Positions 1 through 11,107 are shown, counted from the stretch's first letter. The stretch: DNA of 64,000 bases from Anaeromyxobacteraceae bacterium (GCA_032654565.1 JAULAX010000018.1:320001-384000), one strand, 5' to 3'. Notes: generated by a model from the sequence alone, not told the origin. A program made the numbers and translations.

Positions 1-1
1 C

Positions 2-202
2 CTGCAGGCCCAGCTGGAGGGGACCGAGAACCGCATCACCATCGCCCGTCGCCGCTACATCGAGGTGGTGCAGGCCTTCAACGACCTGGTCACCGTCCCG
101 CCCACCAGCTGGACCAACTCGCTGTTCTACAAGAAGCAGCCCAAGGCGCAGTTCCAGGCCACCACGCCGGACGCCGCCACCGCGCCCAAGGTGAAGTTCT
201 AG
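2..202 (+). CDS. lemA: LemA family protein, C-terminal part (5' end outside window)
   Basis: Frame from base 2 reads LQAQLEGTENRITIARRRYIEVVQAFN...APKVKF-TAG(200-202). The LEGTENRI motif is typical of LemA, and two TPM genes follow as in the usual lemA operon. Confidence 0.9.
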   Translation: MQAQLEGTENRITIARRRYIEVVQAFNDLVTVPPTSWTNSLFYKKQPKAQFQATTPDAATAPKVKF

Positions 203-208
203 GCCCCG

Positions 209-976
209 GTGCGTCTCAACGCCCTCGCCGCGGTCGTGTTGCTCGGCGCGCTGCCGGCGCTGGCCGCGGCGCGCGAGATCCCGCCCCTGGGCGGCCCGGT
301 GGTGGACGAGGCCGGCGTGCTGTCCGGCGCCGAGGTCCGCCGGCTCGACGGGCTGGCGCGAGCGGCGCGCGAGGTCGAGGGGCGGCGGGGCGTCCAGCTG
401 CAGTTCCTGCTGGTGAAGACCCTGGACGGCGAGGCCATCGAGGACTTCGCCATCCGGGTGGCCGAGCGCTGGAAGCTGGGCGACGCCGCCCGGGACAACG
501 GCGTGCTGCTGGTGGCGGCCATCGACGACCGCAAGGTCCGCATCGAGGTGGGCAACGGCATCGAGGGCGGCCTCACCGACGCCCAGGCCTCCCGCATCAT
601 CCGCGGCGCCATCGCCCCGGCCTTCCGCGCCGGCCGCTACGGCGAGGGGCTCCACCAGGCCGGGGTGGAGGTGCTGCAGGTGCTGGGCGCCCTGCCGGAG
701 GGGGTCAGGGGCCGTCCGGAGGCCCGCGCCGGCCGGGTGGGCAGCCGGTTCGGCGGCCTGCTCATGGCCGTCCTGGTGATCGTCTTCATCGTCATCCGGG
801 CCATCTTCGGCCTGGGGCGCCGTGGCCTGCTGGGCGGGCGCGGGGGCTGGGGCGGCGGCGGCTTCGGTGGGGGCGGCTTCGGCGGCGGTGGCTTCGGCGG
901 CAGCGGCGGCGGCGGTGGTGGCTGGAGCGGCGGCGGCGGTGGCTTCTCCGGCGGCGGCGCGTCGGGGAGCTGGTAG
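209..976 (+). CDS. TPM domain (YgcG-like) membrane protein with Gly-rich tail
   Basis: Signal peptide, VVDEAGVLS and DNGVLLVAAIDDRKVRIEVGNGIEG motifs, a TM helix and a GGGFSGGGASGSW C-terminus. Confidence 0.9.
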   Translation: MRLNALAAVVLLGALPALAAAREIPPLGGPVVDEAGVLSGAEVRRLDGLARAAREVEGRRGVQLQFLLVKTLDGEAIEDFAIRVAERWKLGDAARDNGVLLVAAIDDRKVRIEVGNGIEGGLTDAQASRIIRGAIAPAFRAGRYGEGLHQAGVEVLQVLGALPEGVRGRPEARAGRVGSRFGGLLMAVLVIVFIVIRAIFGLGRRGLLGGRGGWGGGGFGGGGFGGGGFGGSGGGGGGWSGGGGGFSGGGASGSW

Positions 977-984
977 GAGGCGGC

Positions 985-1626
985 ATGGAGCTGGAGCGGA
1001 GCTTCGACGAGGCGGCGCGCGCCCGGGTGGCCGAGGCGGTCCGGGTGGCCGAGGCCGGCTCACGCGGCCAGGTGGTCCCGGTGGTGGTGGCGAGGAGCGA
1101 CGCCTACCCCGAGGCCCGGCTGCGCGGGGCCCTGCTGGGCGCCGCGGCGGTCACCGCGGGGCTGCTGCTCTCGCCGCTCCCGGTGACGCCGGGCGAGCTG
1201 CCGCTGGCCCAGCTGGCCGGGGCGCTGCTCGGCTGGGGGCTCACCTGGCTGGCGCCGGTGGAGCGGTTCCTGGTGGGCCACCAGCACCTCGACCGCGAGG
1301 TGAGGGCCCGGGCCATGCGCGCCTTCCTGGAGCACGGCCTGCACCAGACCAGCGAGGGGACCGGCGTGCTGGTCTTCGCCTCGCTGCTGGAGCGCGAGGC
1401 GGTGGTGCTGGGCGACCACGGCATCCACGCCCGGGTCGGCGACGGCGAGTGGCAGGCCACCGTCGACGCGCTGGTGGCCGGGATGAAGCGGGGAGCGCCG
1501 GCCGACGGCTTCGTCGAGGCCATCGGCCGCTGCGGGACCCGGCTGGCGGAGCACTTCCCGCGCGACGGCGCCGCCGCGCCGACGCCCAACGAGCTGCCCG
1601 ACGCCATCAAGCTCGACCGGAGCTGA
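985..1626 (+). CDS. TPM domain membrane protein
   Basis: AE..SRGQVV start, TGVLVFASLLEREAVVLGDHGI and C-terminal NELPD motifs; RBS GGAGG upstream. Confidence 0.85.
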   Translation: MELERSFDEAARARVAEAVRVAEAGSRGQVVPVVVARSDAYPEARLRGALLGAAAVTAGLLLSPLPVTPGELPLAQLAGALLGWGLTWLAPVERFLVGHQHLDREVRARAMRAFLEHGLHQTSEGTGVLVFASLLEREAVVLGDHGIHARVGDGEWQATVDALVAGMKRGAPADGFVEAIGRCGTRLAEHFPRDGAAAPTPNELPDAIKLDRS

Positions 1627-1725
1627 GGGCTCCACTCACCGGGCCCGCTCCGTTCTGCGGCTCAGGCAGGCTGTCTGCGCCGCCTCCAGGGTCCGACCCC
1701 GGATCCGACTCGGCGCGTGGTGCGC

Positions 1726-3264
<1,539 letters not shown>

Positions 3265-3402
3265 GGGCCGCGCAAAATAGCACGCCGCCGAGGTCACGCC
3301 GGGCCCGCAGGCGCCTCCCGGGAGGAGGACCATCAGAGGGGTCGCGCCGCCGGCCCGCCGGCCCTACACTCCTCCCGTCTTCAGTCCCCCAAGGAGCACC
3401 CG

Positions 3403-6114
3403 ATGACCATGCGACCCGCGCTCGCCCTCGCCCTGGCCCTGCTCGCCAGCTCCGCCAGCGCCCAGGAAGTCCCGGAGATCCCCTTCACCCGCTACGTCCT
3501 CAGGAACGGGCTGACGCTGGTGGTCCACGAGGACCACAAGGCGCCCATCGCCGCGGTCAACGTCTGGTACCACGTCGGCTCCAAGAACGAGAAGCCGGGC
3601 CGGACCGGGTTCGCCCACCTCTTCGAGCACCTGATGTTCCAGCCCTCCGAGCACCTCACCGGGGACGTCCTCAAGACCCTGGAGGAGCTGGGGGCCAGCG
3701 ACCTCAACGGCACCACCAACCAGGACCGGACCAACTACTTCGAGAACGTGCCGGTCTCGGCGCTCGACGCCGCCCTCTTCATCGAGTCGGATCGGATGGG
3801 CCACCTGCTCGGCGCCATCGACCAGAAGAAGCTCGACCTGCAGCGGGGCGTGGTGCAGAACGAGAAGCGTCAGGGCGAGGACCGGCCCTATGGGAAGGTC
3901 TACCAGGCGCTCCAGGCGGTCCTCTACCCCGCCGGCCACCCGTACTCCTGGACCGTCATCGGCTCGATGGCCGACCTCAACGCCGCCTCGCTCGACGACG
4001 TCAAGGAGTGGTTCTCCACCTGGTACGGCCCGTCCAACGCCACGCTGGTGGTGGCCGGCGACGTCACCCCGGAGGACGTCAAGGCCCGCGTCGAGCGGTA
4101 CTTCGGACACATCCCCCCCGGCCCGCCGGTGGCCCGGCCGGCGGCCTGGGTGGCCCGGCGGACCGGCGAGCAGCGGCTCGAGCTGCAGGACCGGGTCCCG
4201 CAGGCCCGGATCTACCTCACCTGGAACACCCCGCAGGCGGGCACCCAGGACGACACCCTGCTCGACCTGGCCGGCCAGGTGCTCTCCTCGGGCAAGAGCT
4301 CCCGCCTCTACAAGCGGCTGGTCTACGACGAGCAGCTGGCCACCGACGTGGCGGCCTACCAGGCCTCCGCCGAGATCGGCTCACGCTTCGCCGTCACCGC
4401 CACGGTCCGGCCGGGCGGCGACCCGGCCCGGGTGGAGGCGATCGTCAAGGAGGAGCTGGCCCGGCTGGTGGCCAGGGGTCCGACCGCCGACGAGCTGGCC
4501 CGGGCCCGCACCGAGGCGCTGGCCGGCTTCATCCGCGGCGTCGAGCGGATCGGCGGCTTCGGCGGCAAGTCCGACGTGCTGGCCCAGGGGCAGGTCTACC
4601 AGGGCGATCCGTCGGCCTACCGGAAGACCACCGGCTGGACCCGCGCCGCCACCCCGGCCCAGGTGCAGGACGTGGCCCGGCGCTGGCTCACCGACGGCCT
4701 GGTGGTCCTCACCGTCCGCCCCTTCGGCGACCGGCTCGCCGCCTTCGCCCCCGACGTCGACCGGAGCGCCCTCCCGCGGCCCGGCCCGCAGCCGGAGACG
4801 GCGTTCCCGGCCCTGCAGCGCGCCACGCTCGGCAACGGCCTGAAGGTGGTGCTGGTGGAGCGTCACGCCGTGCCGGTGGTCAACCTCGGCCTGCGGGTCG
4901 ACGCCGGCTACGCCTCCGACGTCGGCGGCCTGCCCGGCACCGCCATGCTGGCCTCGGCCATGCTCGACGAGGGGACCACCACGCGCAGCTCGCTCCAGAT
5001 CAGCGACGAGCTGCAGCGGCTCGGGGCCATGCTCTCCACCGGCTCCAACCTCGACCAGAGCCAGATCTCCCTCGACGCCCTCAAGGCCAACCTCGACGGC
5101 TCGCTGGCCATCTTCGCCGACGTGGTCCTCAACCCCAGCTTCCCCGCGGCCGACTTCGAGCGGCTCAGGAAGCAGCAGCTGGCCGGCATCGAGCAGGAGC
5201 AGGCCCGGCCGTCGAGCCTGGCCATGCGCCTCATGCCGGGGCTGCTCTTCGGCGCCGGCCACCCCTACGGGAACCCGCTCTCCGGCTCGGGCACCGCGGC
5301 CGCGGTGAAGAAGCTGACCCGCGACGACGTGGTCCGCTGGCGCAACACCTGGTTCAAGCCCAACGCCGCCACCCTGCTGGTGGTGGGCGACACCACGCTG
5401 GCCGAGCTGACGCCGAAGCTGGAGAAGGCCCTGGGCGGCTGGAAGCGCGGCGAGGTCCCGACCCGGGCGATCGGCGCCGGCGCCCCGGCCACGCCGGGGA
5501 TCTACCTCGTCGATCGGCCCGGCGCCGAGCAGTCGGTCATCGTCATGGGCGCGGTGGCCCCGCCGCGCAACAACCCCCGGGCCATCGAGCAGGAGGTGAT
5601 GAACGCCATCTTCGGCGGCCAGTTCTCCTCGCGCATCAACGCCAACCTGCGCGAGGACAAGCACTGGACCTACGGCGCCTCCGCCTTCCTGGTGGCCGCC
5701 CGCGGCCCGCGCCCCTACCTGGGGATGGCCCCGGTGCAGACCGACAAGACCCGGGAGGCGCTGGCCGAGCTCATCAAGGAGGTGAAGGGGATCCGCGGCG
5801 AGCGGCCGGTCACCGCCGTCGAGCTGGCGGCCGCCCAGGCCTCCATGACCCTGGCGCTCCCCGGTGAGTGGGAGACGGCCCGGGCCGTGGCCGGCTCCAC
5901 CGCCGAGATCCTGCGCTTCGGCCTCGACGACCGGTACTGGGACGGCTACGCCGCCCGGGTGCGGGCGGTGACGCCGCAGGCGGTGACCGAGGCCGCCCAG
6001 GTCCTCGACCCGGCCCACATGGTCTGGGTGGTGGTGGGCGACCGGGCCAAGGTGGAGGCGGGGCTGAAGGAGCTCGGCCTGGGCGACCCGAAGCTGGTCG
6101 ACCTGCTTCAGTAG
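3403..6114 (+). CDS. M16 family zinc peptidase (PqqL/pitrilysin-like), secreted
   Basis: RBS AAGGAG then ATG 3403, signal peptide, GFAHLFEHLMF (HxxEH) and NGTTNQDRTNYF motifs, and a duplicated M16 domain architecture. Confidence 0.92.
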   Translation: MTMRPALALALALLASSASAQEVPEIPFTRYVLRNGLTLVVHEDHKAPIAAVNVWYHVGSKNEKPGRTGFAHLFEHLMFQPSEHLTGDVLKTLEELGASDLNGTTNQDRTNYFENVPVSALDAALFIESDRMGHLLGAIDQKKLDLQRGVVQNEKRQGEDRPYGKVYQALQAVLYPAGHPYSWTVIGSMADLNAASLDDVKEWFSTWYGPSNATLVVAGDVTPEDVKARVERYFGHIPPGPPVARPAAWVARRTGEQRLELQDRVPQARIYLTWNTPQAGTQDDTLLDLAGQVLSSGKSSRLYKRLVYDEQLATDVAAYQASAEIGSRFAVTATVRPGGDPARVEAIVKEELARLVARGPTADELARARTEALAGFIRGVERIGGFGGKSDVLAQGQVYQGDPSAYRKTTGWTRAATPAQVQDVARRWLTDGLVVLTVRPFGDRLAAFAPDVDRSALPRPGPQPETAFPALQRATLGNGLKVVLVERHAVPVVNLGLRVDAGYASDVGGLPGTAMLASAMLDEGTTTRSSLQISDELQRLGAMLSTGSNLDQSQISLDALKANLDGSLAIFADVVLNPSFPAADFERLRKQQLAGIEQEQARPSSLAMRLMPGLLFGAGHPYGNPLSGSGTAAAVKKLTRDDVVRWRNTWFKPNAATLLVVGDTTLAELTPKLEKALGGWKRGEVPTRAIGAGAPATPGIYLVDRPGAEQSVIVMGAVAPPRNNPRAIEQEVMNAIFGGQFSSRINANLREDKHWTYGASAFLVAARGPRPYLGMAPVQTDKTREALAELIKEVKGIRGERPVTAVELAAAQASMTLALPGEWETARAVAGSTAEILRFGLDDRYWDGYAARVRAVTPQAVTEAAQVLDPAHMVWVVVGDRAKVEAGLKELGLGDPKLVDLLQ

Positions 6115-6554
6115 GCCAGCTTCACCCGGACCACGGTCTCGCCGGCCCGGCAGTCGATGCGGGCGTCGTCCCATCCGGGCGGCCCCAGCTTGCCGGTGGC
6201 GCCGTTGGAGGCCCCGGTCCCCTCGGTGGGACCGGGGAGCGGGAACCAGCCCATGTCGAGCTTGCCGTTGCCGTTCTCGTCGTGGAAGACCGAGACCGCG
6301 CAGGGGCCGGTGGGCAGCCCCTCCAGCACCGCCCACATGGTGCCCGGCGTGGCCTTGAGACGCAGCACCTTGGCGGCGCGGGCCAGGTCCAGCCAGGCCA
6401 CCTTGCTGCCGTAGACGGCGATGACCAGCTGCCCCTTGGCCCCCTTCACCCCTTCGACGGCGAAGGCCAGGGTGGAGGTGGTCTCGCCCGGCGGGGGCGG
6501 CGCCGCCTGGGCCGGGGCCTGGGAGAGGAGGAGGGCGAGCAGGGGAGCGTACAT
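6108..6554 (-). CDS. DUF2141 family exported protein
   Basis: Signal peptide, then AVSVFHDENGNGKLD...P.EG.G.SN and GPP.W motifs. Confidence 0.8.
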   Translation of the reverse strand: MYAPLLALLLSQAPAQAAPPPPGETTSTLAFAVEGVKGAKGQLVIAVYGSKVAWLDLARAAKVLRLKATPGTMWAVLEGLPTGPCAVSVFHDENGNGKLDMGWFPLPGPTEGTGASNGATGKLGPPGWDDARIDCRAGETVVRVKLAY

Positions 6555-6676
6555 GGCCCTCTCCTAGCACGGCGCCCGGCCCCGGGCCGCCTCCAGCGTC
6601 GGGCCACCCGATGTGGGCGTCGGGAATCCCCGACATCCCACCTCGCCAAACCCCCGGAATCCCGGACCCGGCCGGC

Positions 6677-6692
6677 TGGCAGGCCGGGTGCA
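6677..6692 (+). promoter_or_regulatory. Sigma-54 (-24/-12) promoter, with a palindromic candidate enhancer site near 6613-6641
   Basis: TGGCAGGCCGGGTGCA has GG-N10-GC spacing and lies 50 bp upstream of ATG 6742. An inverted repeat GTCGGG-AATC-CCCGAC is further upstream. Confidence 0.65.
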
Positions 6693-6741
6693 ATGAACTG
6701 GCTCGGGCGCAGACGAACGGCCCCGCGCAAGGGAGAACGCC

Positions 6742-7068
6742 ATGACCACCACCTCGAAGAGCACCAGCAAGACCTTCACCCTCATCGGTGCCGGCGTCGG
6801 CCTCGCCGCCTTCCTGGCCGTCGGCCTGCTCCCCTCCATCCTCTACGGCGGCTACGCCGGCGTGCTGCTGGCCGGCGGGATCTTCGGGACGCCGGTGGAC
6901 TCCACCTTCGCGGTGCGCGCCCTCATCGTCTCCGGCACCGTGCTCGGCGTGGTCCTCTGCGCCTCGCTCTTCGCCGCCCTGGGCGCCGCCATCGGCGCCG
7001 GCATCGCCGCCCTGACCGGCACCGCCGCCAGCGTCGAGGCCGCCGCGCCGGTCGAGACCAAGCGCTAG
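6742..7068 (+). CDS. Small Gly/Ala-rich membrane protein, function unknown
   Basis: RBS GGGAG, hydrophobic helices, LLPSILYGGYAG motif, codon usage like the core genes. Confidence 0.75.
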   Translation: MTTTSKSTSKTFTLIGAGVGLAAFLAVGLLPSILYGGYAGVLLAGGIFGTPVDSTFAVRALIVSGTVLGVVLCASLFAALGAAIGAGIAALTGTAASVEAAAPVETKR

Positions 7069-7173
7069 CCTCCCGCTCACCTCGAAGGTGGTCGCCGCGC
7101 CCCGGGAGACCGGGGCGCGCTGCGTCTGGAGGCGGGCGCGCCGCTCCCCGGGCGGGCGTGGTAGAGCCGGGCC

Positions 7174-8061
7174 GTGGCCGAAGACCCCATCATCGTCCCC
7201 TTCTCCGACGCCGGCGCCCGCCTCGACAAGTGGCTGGCGGCCCACTCCGGCCAGACGCTGGAGCGCGCCCGCTGGCTCATCGACCAGGGGCGGGTCCGCA
7301 TCCGCGGCAAGACCTGCTCGCCGGTCCGCAAGCTCTTCGGCGGCGAGGAGATCGAGGTGGTGCTGCCGCCGCCCCGCGCCATCCGCCCCGGCGACGCCGC
7401 CGGCCCGGACCTGGCGCTGCTGCACGACGACGCCGCCTGCGTGGTGGTCAACAAGGTGGCCGGCCTGCCGGTGGAGCCGATCAAGCCCGGCGGGGTCTCG
7501 GTGGTCTCGGCGGTGAGCCGCCTGGGCGGCTTCGACGTGGCCGGGCGCAACCTCCCCGGGCTGCCGCACCGGCTCGACGCCCAGACCAGCGGCTGCCTGA
7601 TGCTGGCCCGCACCGACCTGGCGCTGGCGGCGCTGCGCCGGGCCTTCGAGGAGGGGCAGGTGGAGAAGGAGTACCTGGCGCTGGTGGCCGGGGCGCCGCC
7701 CGACGAGCAGGCGCTCGACCAGCCCTACGGCCGCGATCCCGCCGATCCCCGGCGCTTCACCACCCGGGTCCACTCGGCGCGGCGGGCCCGCCTCTCCTGG
7801 AAGGTGGAGCGGCGCTTCGAGGGGGCGGCGCTGCTGCGGGTCCGGCTCGACACCGGGCGGACCCACCAGATCCGCGTCCAGCTCGCCGAGGCCGGCTTCC
7901 CGGTGCTGGGCGACGTGGTCTACGGCCTGGCCTCGAAGCTGCTGACCCGCCAGGCGCTCCACGCCGCCCGGCTGGCCTTCCCGTCCCCGCTGGGCGAGCG
8001 GGTCGACGTGACCGCGCCGCTCCCCAGGGACCTGCAGGCGGCGCTGGCGGCGCTGGCGTGA
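7174..8061 (+). CDS. RluA/RluD family pseudouridine synthase with N-terminal S4 domain
   Basis: RLDKWL S4 start, catalytic HRLDAQTSG, TGRTHQIRVQL and RQALHA motifs. Confidence 0.92.
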   Translation: MAEDPIIVPFSDAGARLDKWLAAHSGQTLERARWLIDQGRVRIRGKTCSPVRKLFGGEEIEVVLPPPRAIRPGDAAGPDLALLHDDAACVVVNKVAGLPVEPIKPGGVSVVSAVSRLGGFDVAGRNLPGLPHRLDAQTSGCLMLARTDLALAALRRAFEEGQVEKEYLALVAGAPPDEQALDQPYGRDPADPRRFTTRVHSARRARLSWKVERRFEGAALLRVRLDTGRTHQIRVQLAEAGFPVLGDVVYGLASKLLTRQALHAARLAFPSPLGERVDVTAPLPRDLQAALAALA

Positions 8062-8106
8062 CGGGTGGAGCCGGTCCGGGCGGGGCCCGGGCCGAGGGGG
8101 CCAGCC

Positions 8107-8313
8107 TCAGGCGGTGACGGCGTCGGGGGCCACGTCGAGCGAGCGGCCGTTGGGGAGCAGGTGCAGGGGGACCGCGTGGCCGGCCTCGCCGAGCGCGAAG
8201 CGGGCGCAGTGCTGGTAGCGGCCGTCGCAGTACCAGGAGGTCCAGACCCGCAGCGACGGCTTGGAGCCGAAGAGCTGGTAGAGCGGACACTCGCAGGCGT
8301 GGTTGCAGGCCAT
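8107..8313 (-). CDS. Small Cys-rich protein (68 aa), possibly metal-binding
   Basis: RBS GGAGG before ATG 8313. Reads MACNHACECPLY...YCDGRYQHCARF...VPLHLLPNG. A sigma-54 promoter lies directly upstream. Confidence 0.7.
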   Translation of the reverse strand: MACNHACECPLYQLFGSKPSLRVWTSWYCDGRYQHCARFALGEAGHAVPLHLLPNGRSLDVAPDAVTA

Positions 8314-8349
8314 GGCTTCCTCCGGGTTCGCCAGACGAGGGGGCACCAA

Positions 8350-8366
8350 TGCAATGGGTCAGCCAA
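8350..8366 (-). promoter_or_regulatory. Sigma-54 (-24/-12) promoter for the small Cys-rich gene
   Basis: Minus strand reads TTGGCTGACCCATTGCA (GG-N10-GC with canonical TTGCA), ending 37 bp before the ATG. Confidence 0.7.
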
Positions 8367-8622
8367 ACCTTCGAGGCGAACCCACCGGAGGTCGAGGCGG
8401 GAAAAGCGGTGAGATCGCGGCGCCTTGGGTGTTCGGGCGCACCGATACCGCGGCCGCCGCGGGGTCTCGCCTACCGGCAGCGGCCCGACCCCGGGTCAAC
8501 CGTGACCGGTCCGGGCGGCGTCGCGTCCCGGACCGTTCGCCGGCCGGGAGCAGAGGCCCGGCGGCCGTCGCCGTCGCCCCTTGTCCCCCCGCCCCCCGGC
8601 GTGTGAGAACCGCGCGCCCCCG

Positions 8623-10659
8623 ATGCTCGACCTCTCCACGCTCAACCCGCCGCAGCTCGAGGCGGTCAAGACCACCGACGGCCCGCTGCTGGTGCTGGCC
8701 GGCGCCGGCTCCGGCAAGACCCGCGTCATCGCCCACCGGGTCGCCTGGCTGATCCAGCAGGGGCTCGACCCGGCGGCCATCCTCGCCGTCACCTTCACCA
8801 ACAAGGCGGCGGCCGAGATGCGGGAGCGGGTGGCCCACCTGGCCGGCCACGCCGGCACCCAGGTGCGGGTCTCCACCTTCCACGCCTTCGGCCTCTGGCT
8901 GCTCGGCGAGGAGCACACCGCCGCCGGGCTGCCCCGGCGCTTCGCCATCGCCGACGCCGGCGACCAGCAGGCGCTGGTGAAGCGCTGCATGCGCGAGGTC
9001 AAGGTGGACGACCGGTCCTTCGACCCGCGCCGCGTCCTCTGGCTGATCTCCGGCGCCAAGAACGCCCTGAAGAAGAAGATCGTGCCCCGGCCGGAGGGGC
9101 AGGGGGACGACTACGACCTGATCGCCGCCGAGGTCTTCCCCCGCTACCAGCAGGCGCTCCGCGCCCAGCGCGCCGTCGACTTCGACGACCTGATCGCCCG
9201 CCCCGTCGAGCTGCTCAAGAAGGACCCGGCGCTGCGCCGCAAGTACCAGGCCCGCTTCAGCCACCTGCTGGTGGACGAGTACCAGGACACCAACGCCTGC
9301 CAGCTGGAGCTGCTCAAGCTGCTCTGCGGCGAGCGGCGGAACGTCTGCGCGGTGGGCGACGACGACCAGGCCATCTACGGCTGGCGCGGCGCCGAGGTGA
9401 AGAACATCCTCCGCTTCGACCGCCACTTCCCCGGCGCCGTCGAGGTGCGCCTGGAGCAGAACTACCGCTCCACCGGCCACATCCTGGCCTGCGCCAACGG
9501 CGTCATCTCCAAGAACGCCGCCCGCAAGCCCAAGAAGCTCTGGACCAGCGCCGGCCCCGGCCAGCCGGTGCGGGTGGTGGCCTGCGAGAGCGAGGAGGAG
9601 GAGGCCCGCTTCGTGGCCGGCGAGATCTCCCGGCTGCGCTCCGAGGGGCGCCCCTGGAGCGACTTCGCCGTGCTCTACCGGCTCAACGCGCAGTCACGGC
9701 CGGTGGAGGAGGCGCTGCGCGAGACCCAGATGCCCCACCAGGTCCACGGCGGCTCGGCCTTCTTCGACCGCTCCGAGGTGCGCGACCTGCTGGCCTACCT
9801 GAAGGTGGTGGCCTCGCCCGACGACGAGGCCTCGCTGGCCCGCATCGTCAACGTGCCGCCGCGCGGCATCGGCGACGCCAGCGTCGAGAAGGTCCACGCC
9901 CACGCCGTGGCCCACGCCCTGCCGCTGCTGGAGGCCTTCCGCCAGGCCGACCGGGTCGAGGGGCTGGTCCGCGGCGCCCAGGACAAGGTGGCCGACTTCG
10001 TGGCCCTGGTGGACCGGACCCGGGCCGCCTTCCGCGGCGGCGACCTGCTGGCGGCGGCGCGCCGGCTGGTCGAGGAGCTCGACCTCTACGCCTACGCCCG
10101 CGGCTCGATGGCCTCGGCGGTGGCCGGGCAGCGCAAGGTGGACGGGATCGACGGCATCCTGCGCTCGCTGGAGTGGTACCAGGGGCGCCACCCGCGCGGC
10201 TCGCTGGCCACCTGGCTGCAGCGGCTGGCGCTCGACAGCCGCGAGGAGGAGGACCCGGCGGCCGAGCAGGGCATCTCGCTGATGACGCTGCACGCCTCCA
10301 AGGGACTGGAGTACCCGGTGGTCTTCCTGGTCGGCGCCGAGGAGGACCTGCTCCCCTGCGCCGGGATCCAGGGGGAGGCCCGCGACCTCGACGAGGAGCG
10401 GCGGCTGGCCTACGTGGGGATCACCCGGGCCCGCGAGCTGCTCTACCTGACCCGGTCCACGCAGCGGCTGAAGCGGGGCCAGGTGCAGCTGCGGACCCCG
10501 TCGCGCTTCCTCGAGGAGCTGCCGCCGGCCTCGCACGAGAAGATCGATCCCAGCGCCATGGCCGCCACGCCGGAGGAGCTGGCGGTCCACACCTCGAGCG
10601 GGATGGCGGAGCTGCGGGCCCGGCTGGCGGCGGCCGGCGGCCCCACGCAGACGGGCTAG
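8623..10659 (+). CDS. UvrD/PcrA/Rep family ATP-dependent DNA helicase
   Basis: LAGAGSGKT, TFTNKAA, LVDEYQD, VGDDDQAIY, LEQNYRS, TLHASKGLEY and EERRLAYVGITRA motifs. Confidence 0.95.
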   Translation: MLDLSTLNPPQLEAVKTTDGPLLVLAGAGSGKTRVIAHRVAWLIQQGLDPAAILAVTFTNKAAAEMRERVAHLAGHAGTQVRVSTFHAFGLWLLGEEHTAAGLPRRFAIADAGDQQALVKRCMREVKVDDRSFDPRRVLWLISGAKNALKKKIVPRPEGQGDDYDLIAAEVFPRYQQALRAQRAVDFDDLIARPVELLKKDPALRRKYQARFSHLLVDEYQDTNACQLELLKLLCGERRNVCAVGDDDQAIYGWRGAEVKNILRFDRHFPGAVEVRLEQNYRSTGHILACANGVISKNAARKPKKLWTSAGPGQPVRVVACESEEEEARFVAGEISRLRSEGRPWSDFAVLYRLNAQSRPVEEALRETQMPHQVHGGSAFFDRSEVRDLLAYLKVVASPDDEASLARIVNVPPRGIGDASVEKVHAHAVAHALPLLEAFRQADRVEGLVRGAQDKVADFVALVDRTRAAFRGGDLLAAARRLVEELDLYAYARGSMASAVAGQRKVDGIDGILRSLEWYQGRHPRGSLATWLQRLALDSREEEDPAAEQGISLMTLHASKGLEYPVVFLVGAEEDLLPCAGIQGEARDLDEERRLAYVGITRARELLYLTRSTQRLKRGQVQLRTPSRFLEELPPASHEKIDPSAMAATPEELAVHTSSGMAELRARLAAAGGPTQTG

Positions 10660-10907
10660 CCGATGGCCCGGGCCCGGCAGAGCGGGACGCAGAGCCCGCA
10701 GGCGGTGCAGACCGCCTGGTCGATCACCAGCGCCTCGCCGCCCAGATCCTCGATGGCCGGGCAGGAGAGCTTCAGGCAGCTCCCGCAGCGGTTGCAGCGG
10801 CGCTCCTCGATGGCGAGCGGCGCCAGGCGCGGCGCCGGTTCCGGCCCGGGCCGGTCGGGCGTGATCGGCCGCAGCTGCTTTCGAGGGAGGCTCACGGGGG
10901 TGTTCAT
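10656..10907 (-). CDS. Small 2x[4Fe-4S] ferredoxin-like protein resembling the IorA C-terminal domain
   Basis: CNRCGSCLKLSCPAI and CTACGLCVPLC motifs. Confidence 0.7.
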   Translation of the reverse strand: MNTPVSLPRKQLRPITPDRPGPEPAPRLAPLAIEERRCNRCGSCLKLSCPAIEDLGGEALVIDQAVCTACGLCVPLCRARAIG

Positions 10908-11042
10908 AGCGACCCGGCGGAGGTGCCGCCACGGGGTGGCCGGCCCGTTGGGTCCGGGGCTGGTAATCGGGGGGGCTCCCGTATAAATTGCCCCTCCCTC
11001 GTTGGCGACGGCGCAGCGCGCCGTGCCAGGGGTCGCCGACCC

Positions 11043-11071
11043 TTGACAAGGGCTCGTCGTTCCTCTAGAAC
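11043..11071 (+). promoter_or_regulatory. Sigma-70 promoter of rplM-rpsI
   Basis: TTGACA-N17-TAGAAC, ending 37 bp upstream of the rplM ATG. Confidence 0.75.
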
Positions 11072-11107
11072 GCGCCTTCCATTTTCCCGGGAAAAGCAGG
11101 TCCTTCC

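Noticed and set aside
835..973. GGC-rich low-complexity run
   Set aside because: It is the ordinary Gly-rich tail of TPM/YgcG proteins.
8461..8560. Possible c-di-GMP-I riboswitch on the minus strand (stem followed by GGGACGCGACGCC)
   Set aside because: It lacks the GGYAAA entry and GCAAAGC core, and it lies upstream of the predicted sigma-54 start, so it would not be in that leader.
11012..11028. Sigma-54-like TGGCACG on the minus strand upstream of the small ferredoxin
   Set aside because: GG-to-GC spacing is 11 rather than the required 10.
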